Of a stretch of DNA of 32,000 bases, positions 26,024-32,000 are shown piece after piece. A program made the translations under genes and the position numbers. The stretch is from Staphylothermus marinus F1. GTDB taxonomy: Archaea > Thermoproteota > Thermoprotei_A > Sulfolobales > Desulfurococcaceae. Location of the stretch: the NCBI RefSeq assembly GCF_000015945.1, contig NC_009033.1, positions 870,001 to 902,000 on the forward strand. Direction: 5' to 3'. The notes beneath the pieces are model-generated. The model was given only the letters and a program-made list of their open reading frames with translations, was not told where the DNA came from and searched no databases. Position 1 is the first letter of the stretch. Every line of letters begins with the position of its first letter.

Positions 26024-26057
26024 TATAATTATTTATTGAATATAATTATTTATTGAA
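26024..26057. repeat. Perfect tandem 17-mer TATAATTATTTATTGAA x2 spanning the pan stop codon
   Basis: Read directly from the sequence (26024-26040 and 26041-26057). The second copy contains the last codon and the stop codon of pan on the minus strand. Confidence 0.6.
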
Positions 26058-27258
26058 GCATGTATCTAGAATAATCTTTCTCTAAACGATCCATCAAGTA
26101 CTCCGTATTCTTATCTCTTATTTTCTTCTTGCTCATAACTTTCTTGATTGAATAAATGAAGTCTTCCCTTATAACATATTTCCTATTGTTTCTAATCGCG
26201 TTATATCCGGCTTCTGTAACAATTGATTTTATCTCTGCACCAGTTGCACCCTCAGTTAGCCTCGCTAACTCGTATAGGTCAACATCTCTGCCTAGCTTCA
26301 TTTTTCTTGTATGGACTTTGAATATTTCATATCTTCCGTTTAGGTCTGGTAACGGAACTTCTATTAATCTATCAAATCTTCCCGGCCTCAAAATAGCTGG
26401 GTCTAAAATATCTATACGATTAGTTGCCGCTATGATCTTGACTTTATCGAGTGGTTTAAAACCGTCAATCTCGGCTAGTAACTGCATAAGTGTTCTCTGA
26501 ACCTCTCTCTCACCACTTGTTCCTATATCTAATCTACGAGCAGCTATAGCATCTATTTCATCAATAAACACTATTGCAGGAGCTTTTTTACGAGCATACT
26601 GGAAAACTTCACGTACAATACGTGCTCCTTCACCTATAAATTTTTGAACAAGTTCGCTGCCTACAATACTGATAAATGTTGCACCGGATTCATGAGCTAC
26701 TGCTTTCGCGAGTAGAGTTTTACCACAACCAGGAGGACCATATAATAGTACGCCTTTAGGAGGCTCAATTCCTATTTCTTCGAAAAGCTCTGGATTCTTA
26801 AGTGGTAGCTCAACCACTTCACGCAATTCTCTTATCTGCTCTTTTAATCCACCAATATCCTTGAATGTCACATTTGGTCTTTCAATTATCTCCATGGATT
26901 TAACATAAGGATCCTCGTATTCAGGCAATATATCAACAATAGTTGAGCCTCTATTGTTTAAAGCAACATGTTGTCCTGGTCTAAGCTTTTCTAAAGGTAT
27001 ACTGTTTAAAACCTTAACCACTAAGCTCGGGCCAGTACTGCTTTTAACAACAACTCTTCCATCCTTTAGAACATTTACAACAACTGCTTCTATTAGTGGC
27101 GGAGACAATAGCTTCTCTATTTCTGATTTATAGAATCTAATCTTCATCATTAATTTATCGCGTTCACTCTCTAAGAACCTAATTTTCGATTCAAGCAGTC
27201 TTACATATTCTTCCTCATCAATTTCTGCTTCAAAAACTTTTTTAGCATCACTACTCAT
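26050..27258 (-). CDS. pan: Proteasome-activating nucleotidase (AAA+ ATPase)
   Basis: N-terminal coiled coil ([29 protein letters not shown]), an OB region, Walker A GPPGCGKT, Walker B IVFIDEID, and the second region of homology [20 protein letters not shown]. The C-terminus is ...SRYMLQ. Confidence 0.95.
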   Translation of the reverse strand: MSSDAKKVFEAEIDEEEYVRLLESKIRFLESERDKLMMKIRFYKSEIEKLLSPPLIEAVVVNVLKDGRVVVKSSTGPSLVVKVLNSIPLEKLRPGQHVALNNRGSTIVDILPEYEDPYVKSMEIIERPNVTFKDIGGLKEQIRELREVVELPLKNPELFEEIGIEPPKGVLLYGPPGCGKTLLAKAVAHESGATFISIVGSELVQKFIGEGARIVREVFQYARKKAPAIVFIDEIDAIAARRLDIGTSGEREVQRTLMQLLAEIDGFKPLDKVKIIAATNRIDILDPAILRPGRFDRLIEVPLPDLNGRYEIFKVHTRKMKLGRDVDLYELARLTEGATGAEIKSIVTEAGYNAIRNNRKYVIREDFIYSIKKVMSKKKIRDKNTEYLMDRLEKDYSRYMLQ

Positions 27259-27349
27259 ATCTTCTCATCTCCAACTATGTATATCTAAGATTAATACCCC
27301 TAAAAACCATAGTAGTTAATAGCACCTTGATTTTATTAAAATATGTAAG

Positions 27350-27871
27350 GTGAACAATATATTGCCGTGTTACTGCGAAATATGTGGTAGAGAAGTGCCT
27401 GATGAGAGAATGTGTAAAACGGTTGTTGTAGACAATGCTGTGCTCCGTGTATGTCCGCAATGTTATAGAAGACTGATGAAACAAGGCAAAGTTAAAGAAG
27501 TGGTTGAACCGATACAGAGGACTGTAAAGAAAACATCTAGAACACAATGGGTAAGAGCAAGAATACCTAGAAGACTATTAGAGGAATCATATGATATCGT
27601 AGAAGATTATGCTGAAAGAATCAGGAGGGCTCGTCAAAGACTTGGATGGACACAAGCTGTTCTCGCCCAGAAGGTTAGGGAAAAAGAAAATGTTATTAAG
27701 AGAATTGAAGCTGGAAGATTAAAGCCCAGCTTAGAACTCGCTAGAAGACTTGAGAAAGTACTTAAGATAACACTTCTAGAACCAATAGTTGAAGAACCTA
27801 TTACTTCAACAGATAATGAAGAAGACTACTACACTATCGGGGATTTCATAAAGATTAAGAAGAAAAAATAG
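27350..27871 (+). CDS. mbf1: Archaeal multiprotein bridging factor 1 (Zn ribbon + Cro/C1 HTH)
   Basis: N-terminal CEICGREV...CPQC ribbon and a C-terminal HTH IRRARQRLGWTQAVLAQKVREKENVIKRIEAGRLKPSLELARRLEKVL. Confidence 0.85.
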   Translation: MNNILPCYCEICGREVPDERMCKTVVVDNAVLRVCPQCYRRLMKQGKVKEVVEPIQRTVKKTSRTQWVRARIPRRLLEESYDIVEDYAERIRRARQRLGWTQAVLAQKVREKENVIKRIEAGRLKPSLELARRLEKVLKITLLEPIVEEPITSTDNEEDYYTIGDFIKIKKKK

Positions 27872-27896
27872 TTGATAATGAAGGGATACAATCGGT

Positions 27897-29003
27897 ATGA
27901 GCGTAGATGTAGTTATACCATATAAATATAGGAAATTCTTAGATGAGGAACTATCTCTGATCAAAACAGTTTATCCAGAAATTAACGAAGTAGTAATGAT
28001 TAGAAAACCAAATTCCAAATATTATTTAACTCTTAACAAAATTGATATAGTAAAGAATTCTTCTTCGCAGAAGATCATATTGATGGATAGAGCTAAGCCT
28101 TCCCAAATAATAAATTTAATGAGGGAGACCCGGAAAGAAATAATTGATCGTATCCTATTAATTCTCGAAATATTCGCGCAACACGCTGGCAGTAAAGAAG
28201 CTAAGCTACAAATAGAATTGGCAAAACTTAAACATCAATTACCATTGATAAAAGAAACTATTAGATATGCAAAACTAGGAGAACTACATGGATTCCTTGG
28301 AGCAGGTAGGTATGGTTATGAAAAATACTATAGAATGATGCGAGAAAGAGAAGCTAGAATTAGGAGAGAATTGGAGAAGTTACGGAGCATACGTAGTAGG
28401 AGAAGGGAACATAGAAGACAAATGGGGTATCCGCATATATCAATTGTAGGATATACATGTGCTGGTAAAACAACTTTGTTCAATAGATTAACACATAACC
28501 TTAAACCAGCTGGTCCAGAACCATTTACAACATTATCTCCAAAATCATCAGCAATAATTATTGATGGTTTAAAAATGATACTAACTGATACAGTAGGTTT
28601 TATCAGAGATCTACCTCATGAAATAATAGAAGCATTCTATGCTACGTTAGAAGAAATAATCGATTCAAACATAATTATCCATGTAATCGATGCATCAAAG
28701 AGTAGTGAAGCAATAATTAAGGAAATGGTTGAGACTAGGAGAATATTTGAGAGAATAGGGGTTCACGGAATACCTATAATAATAGCTCTCAACAAAATAG
28801 ATCTCTTAAATAGCGAAGAAGAAATCATGGATAAAATAAGGCTTGTCGAAAAATATATTGATGGAAACAATGTTATAGTACCTATATCAGCGATTAACGG
28901 TAAAAACATCAGATACCTATTAAATGTTTTAAAAGAAATAATAAGAGGATACAGTATTGAAAATCTACGTTCTAAGATATGGTCACAGACCAGGCAGAGA
29001 TAA
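27897..29003 (+). CDS. hflX: GTPase HflX
   Basis: HflX N-domain with the [10 protein letters not shown] and LPLIKE stretches. G1 [13 protein letters not shown]3 DTVGFI, G4 NKIDL. Confidence 0.9.
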   Translation: MSVDVVIPYKYRKFLDEELSLIKTVYPEINEVVMIRKPNSKYYLTLNKIDIVKNSSSQKIILMDRAKPSQIINLMRETRKEIIDRILLILEIFAQHAGSKEAKLQIELAKLKHQLPLIKETIRYAKLGELHGFLGAGRYGYEKYYRMMREREARIRRELEKLRSIRSRRREHRRQMGYPHISIVGYTCAGKTTLFNRLTHNLKPAGPEPFTTLSPKSSAIIIDGLKMILTDTVGFIRDLPHEIIEAFYATLEEIIDSNIIIHVIDASKSSEAIIKEMVETRRIFERIGVHGIPIIIALNKIDLLNSEEEIMDKIRLVEKYIDGNNVIVPISAINGKNIRYLLNVLKEIIRGYSIENLRSKIWSQTRQR

Positions 29004-29517
29004 AAGAATTACTACTCATGTAGGATTAGTTGCCAGAGCCTTTGGTGCCCACGGATTTATTCTTGGAGATGTTATTGATGAAAAAGTTATAGGATCCATA
29101 AAAAAAGTCATGGAGAGATGGGGAGGCAATCTATATATTGATGCCGGAGTTGATTCTCGTAAATACGTATTGGAGTGGAAACGTAGAGGAGGGATTGTCG
29201 TTCATTTAACAATGTATGGCTTACACATTGATGACGTAATAGATGAGATCAGAGGGCTTAATAAAGATATACTAATAGTTGTAGGCGCCGAAAAAGTACC
29301 ACCCTTCTTTTACGAAGTAGCAGACTATAATGTCGCTATAGGTCATCAACCACACTCAGAAGTTGCTGCCTTAGCTGTGTTTCTCGATAGATTCTATATG
29401 GGTAAAGAACTACATTTATCCTTTCCAAACGCTAAATTAATAATAGTACCATCACCAAGAGGTAAAAAGGTGAAAAAGATTGCCGAGGAAGAAGAAGGAG
29501 AAAGCACTAAAGATTAG
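28957..29517 (+). CDS. trm56: tRNA (cytidine56-2'-O)-methyltransferase, SPOUT class
   Basis: (M)[30 protein letters not shown] matches the aTrm56 N-terminus I recall from P. horikoshii ([28 protein letters not shown]). TTG start with a GAGGA-like string upstream. It overlaps hflX by 47 nt. Confidence 0.88.
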   Translation: MKIYVLRYGHRPGRDKRITTHVGLVARAFGAHGFILGDVIDEKVIGSIKKVMERWGGNLYIDAGVDSRKYVLEWKRRGGIVVHLTMYGLHIDDVIDEIRGLNKDILIVVGAEKVPPFFYEVADYNVAIGHQPHSEVAALAVFLDRFYMGKELHLSFPNAKLIIVPSPRGKKVKKIAEEEEGESTKD

Positions 29518-30037
29518 TCCTAGAGAAAAATATTATTTAGACATATTAATAGACCTAATAGCAAGAATGTATGGTGAAAAAGCCAAAAAAGTACTACTAC
29601 ACATAATAAGATCAGGTGGAATAGTAGCTGAGGAAACACTCGGAAAAGATATTGGTATGAAATCTAATGAAGCAAGAAAAATACTTCAACAATTAGCCGA
29701 CGAAGCTATCCTGAGATACAAAACTGGCAGAGTAGGTGATAAAACATTGCACTTATGGATACTAAACATTGATCAAATAGAAGGTATTCTTATCGCTAGA
29801 CTAAAGAAAACTAGAGAAAAACTATTGATCAGGCTAAACTATGAGAAAAACAATACTTTCCTAAAATGCCCATTATGTGGTAGAAGATATACATTCGATG
29901 AAGCCTTCGAAAACGATTTCCTGTGTCCATATGACGGCGAACAATTAATAGAATATGATAATAGCGAGGAAATAAGAATTTTAGAAGAAAAGATCAAAGA
30001 GATAACAGATGAACTAAGCAGGATCGGTGCAGCTTAG
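29480..30037 (+). CDS. tfe: Transcription factor E (TFIIE alpha homologue)
   Basis: Winged-helix region plus [38 protein letters not shown], nearly colinear with my recollection of S. solfataricus TFE (LEYEKNNTFFICP...RYSFEEAFENEFKC). TTG is the only possible start after the in-frame TGA at 29471. It overlaps trm56 by 38 nt. Confidence 0.9.
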   Translation: MPRKKKEKALKISPREKYYLDILIDLIARMYGEKAKKVLLHIIRSGGIVAEETLGKDIGMKSNEARKILQQLADEAILRYKTGRVGDKTLHLWILNIDQIEGILIARLKKTREKLLIRLNYEKNNTFLKCPLCGRRYTFDEAFENDFLCPYDGEQLIEYDNSEEIRILEEKIKEITDELSRIGAA

Positions 30038-30039
30038 TA

Positions 30040-31011
30040 TTGAAAAACACTTATAAATTCATTGATCTATTTTGTGGTGCAGGAGGTTTTGCTGAAGGAT
30101 TTATCTTAACAAATAGATTTAGATCAGTTCTTGGAATAGATAATTTTAGGCCAGCTGCACAGACATATAAAATTAATTTTCCCGATTCAATTGTTATCAT
30201 GGAGGATATTAAGCGGATAAGAAACGATGACCTAATAGAAATTATTGACCCTGAAGAAATAGATGTTGTCATAGGTAGTCCTCCTTGCGAACCCTTTACT
30301 GGAGCCAATCCCAAGCGTGAGAAAAACCCCATAGATAGACTATATAAGGATCCAGCTGGACAACTAACCCTCCACTATATTAGGATAGTAGGATTTCTTA
30401 AGCCAAGAGTATTTGTGATGGAAAATGTTCCAGCAATAATGGATGATGGATTAGAATATGTTCTGAGAAGAGAATTTGAAAAAATAGGTTATAGAATTTA
30501 TTTTAACATATTGAGAGCAGAAGACTATGGAACACCTAGTCATAGACTAAGAGTTTTCATTTCTAACATACCTATCAAACCTAAGAAACAAAAACATAGA
30601 ATCACTGTAGGAGAAGCTTTCAAGGGTCTCCCCAAACCCGGTACAGGTTATCCACCTAATCATGACCCCTTTCCCCTACCATTAAGAAAACTTAAGAGAA
30701 TCTCTAGGCTCAAATGGGGTCAGGCAATGATATATTATGAAGGAGCACGTAGGAGATTACCCAATCTTATACGTTTAAATCCAAACAAGATAGCGCCCAC
30801 GGTTCTTGGAAGTTCTCGATTTATCCATCCCTATGAAAACAGATTCATAACTGTTAGAGAACAAGCTCGCCTAATGGGTTTCCCAGATACGTTCATATTT
30901 GTTGGGGGACGAGATGAACAATATAATTTAGTTGGAGAAGCAGTTCCAGTTCCCTTAGCAAAAGCTATAGCTGAGTATATTGTTGAAAAACTTGATAGAG
31001 GTGATATATAA
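30040..31011 (+). CDS. C5-cytosine methyltransferase-fold enzyme (orphan; substrate uncertain)
   Basis: Motif I FIDLFCGAGGF, motif IV GSPPCEPFT, motif VI MENVPAI, motif VIII YGTPSHRLRVFI, motif IX FITVREQARLMGFPDTF, motif X GEAVPVPLAKAIA. The TTG start lies 2 nt after the tfe stop codon. Confidence 0.88.
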   Translation: MKNTYKFIDLFCGAGGFAEGFILTNRFRSVLGIDNFRPAAQTYKINFPDSIVIMEDIKRIRNDDLIEIIDPEEIDVVIGSPPCEPFTGANPKREKNPIDRLYKDPAGQLTLHYIRIVGFLKPRVFVMENVPAIMDDGLEYVLRREFEKIGYRIYFNILRAEDYGTPSHRLRVFISNIPIKPKKQKHRITVGEAFKGLPKPGTGYPPNHDPFPLPLRKLKRISRLKWGQAMIYYEGARRRLPNLIRLNPNKIAPTVLGSSRFIHPYENRFITVREQARLMGFPDTFIFVGGRDEQYNLVGEAVPVPLAKAIAEYIVEKLDRGDI

Positions 31012-31013
31012 AC

Positions 31014-31451
31014 ATGAGATTCGTAGCATTATATGCGCCATCAAGTGTGCAGAGAATAATAGACTTCGTTAAAACTGTTTTTCTATTCCATGATTACCAA
31101 CCCATAATAATAAAACCGGTTGGTGCGGCTGCTCAAATAGGTGTTCCTGAAGCATATAAGATAGCGTATAGACAGAAGAAATCCTTGATAGTACTTCCAG
31201 AAATTAATGATATAATAGAGGTTTTAGGAATTAGTGAGGTATACTACCTGGATGAAAGAGGAGAAGAAATAGAAATTAATAATCTGAAAAAAAGCAGTGT
31301 AGCACTAGTTATAAATGGTGGAGACCAAGAACCAAGCAAAAAAGAATTATTAAATACCCGTATTGTCAGAGTAAAAGGTGTTGATTCCTCATTGCCTCCT
31401 GTAGGCTTAACTGCTATTATCTTGTATCTTCTCAGTAGAGATACCATGTAG
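31014..31451 (+). CDS. Hypothetical 145-aa protein, possibly SPOUT/alpha-beta-knot-like
   Basis: It starts 2 nt after the methyltransferase stop codon. The C-terminal VALVINGGDQEPSKKELLNTRIVRVKGVDSSLPPVGLTAIILYLL resembles the SPOUT pattern (lvfG.E..G......d..v.IP....SLN...A.ai.ly), but with non-canonical residues. Weak, by eye only. Confidence 0.35.
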   Translation: MRFVALYAPSSVQRIIDFVKTVFLFHDYQPIIIKPVGAAAQIGVPEAYKIAYRQKKSLIVLPEINDIIEVLGISEVYYLDERGEEIEINNLKKSSVALVINGGDQEPSKKELLNTRIVRVKGVDSSLPPVGLTAIILYLLSRDTM

Positions 31452-32000
31452 CATAAGATATTCTAATACCCTTACTTATTTCATCTAGTAATCTCCAATC
31501 TTCATAGCTAAGTCTCCATCCAACGCTATTAGCATTATCCACTACATGTTCAGGTTTCTTAGCTCCAGGTATTGGTACAATGTTTTTACTGTACATTATC
31601 ATCCAGTTCAACGATATTTGAGCAGGTGATTTATTATATTTCTGAGATAATTGTTTTAACGCATCAATTAGAGGCTGTATTTTTTTGAAGTTTTCCGGAT
31701 GAAAGATTGGATCCCTATGTCTCACATCCTGAAACTCCGGCAAATTATCGAGACTATATTTTCCAGTTAATGCTCCTTTAGATAATGGGCTCCATGGTAG
31801 AAATATCATATTATTCTTCTCCGCATAAGGTATTAGCTCTATTTCTGCTTGTCTTTCAATCAAATTATATCTATACTGCATACTGACAATGTCTGTTTTC
31901 GATAAACAACTCCTAACTTCCTCTAATAACTTAACTGGATAATTACTCACACCTAGGAACCTAACCTTGCCTAAATCAACTAATTTCTCTAAAGCTCTCA
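31432..32000 (-). CDS. Aldo/keto reductase; the N-terminal part lies beyond the window end
   Basis: The frame is open to base 32000 (RALEKLVDLGKVRFLGVSNYP precedes the listed start). IPIPGAKKPEHVVDNA is the AKR C-terminal signature. It overlaps the convergent upstream gene by 20 nt. Confidence 0.85.
   Translation of the reverse strand, partial: RALEKLVDLGKVRFLGVSNYPVKLLEEVRSCLSKTDIVSMQYRYNLIERQAEIELIPYAEKNNMIFLPWSPLSKGALTGKYSLDNLPEFQDVRHRDPIFHPENFKKIQPLIDALKQLSQKYNKSPAQISLNWMIMYSKNIVPIPGAKKPEHVVDNANSVGWRLSYEDWRLLDEISKGIRISYATWYLY

Noticed and set aside
26024-26057. The perfect 17-bp tandem duplication at the pan stop codon as a possible cause of the non-HbYX PAN C-terminus.
   Set aside because: Reading the minus strand, the stop codon lies in the first copy encountered. 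A single-copy ancestor would encode the same ...YMLQ terminus. This is most likely AT-rich replication slippage in the 3' region.
31014-31451. The gene downstream of the C5-methyltransferase as a Vsr-type mismatch endonuclease (a dcm-vsr-like arrangement) or a small restriction enzyme.
   Set aside because: There is no Vsr-like FVDGCFWHGH-type motif and no convincing PD-(D/E)xK signature. Only a weak SPOUT-like pattern is visible.

Overview
This is an AT-rich, tightly packed archaeal chromosome segment. The gene set points to a hyperthermophilic crenarchaeon: Rpo8/RpoG, SmAP3, bifunctional FBP aldolase/phosphatase, thermosome, PAN, aMBF1, TFE, Trm56, ArcTGT and a 5S rRNA gene with no other rRNA gene in this window. 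The Desulfurococcales-like assignment is inference only. Most of the window is informational or central-metabolism housekeeping: polB, dnaG, tyrS, map, pyk, tpiA, fbp, ABCE1, rps17e, the thermosome, pan, hflX, trm56 and tfe. Structured RNAs stand out as GC-rich islands: a 5S rRNA, an intron-containing tRNA-Thr(CGU), and an unassigned ~115-130 nt GC-rich hairpin RNA that I read as H/ACA-guide-like (9-bp lower stem, ACA, internal pocket, K-turn). Seven items are not housekeeping and deserve a second look. (1) A 30-codon ORF encodes only Trp and Glu after its first four residues (MIWLEEEWWEEEEEEEWEEEEEWWEEEEEW). It has a TATA-like box and an SD-like GGTGA, and sits tail-to-tail with a Cgi121-like gene. 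(2) A stand-alone Csx1-type CARF/HEPN gene (DxTHG and RNxxAH motifs) lies next to the tRNA, with no CRISPR array or other cas gene in the window. (3) A short HerA/FtsK-type (DUF87-like) ATPase is paired with an unknown 116-aa protein downstream of rpo8. (4) An orphan C5-cytosine methyltransferase with atypical motifs (PPCEPFT, PSHRLRVF) sits in an hflX-trm56-tfe gene string and is followed by a possible SPOUT-like protein. (5) A PAC2/PbaB-like protein ending in an HbYX-type M-Y-M lies near a PAN whose C-terminus is not HbYX. (6) ArcTGT appears split from a separate PUA protein. (7) A perfect 26-bp palindrome lies beside the GC-rich RNA. No CRISPR array, transposase, integrase or IS element was seen. 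All functional calls come from motif recognition by eye; no database search was run.
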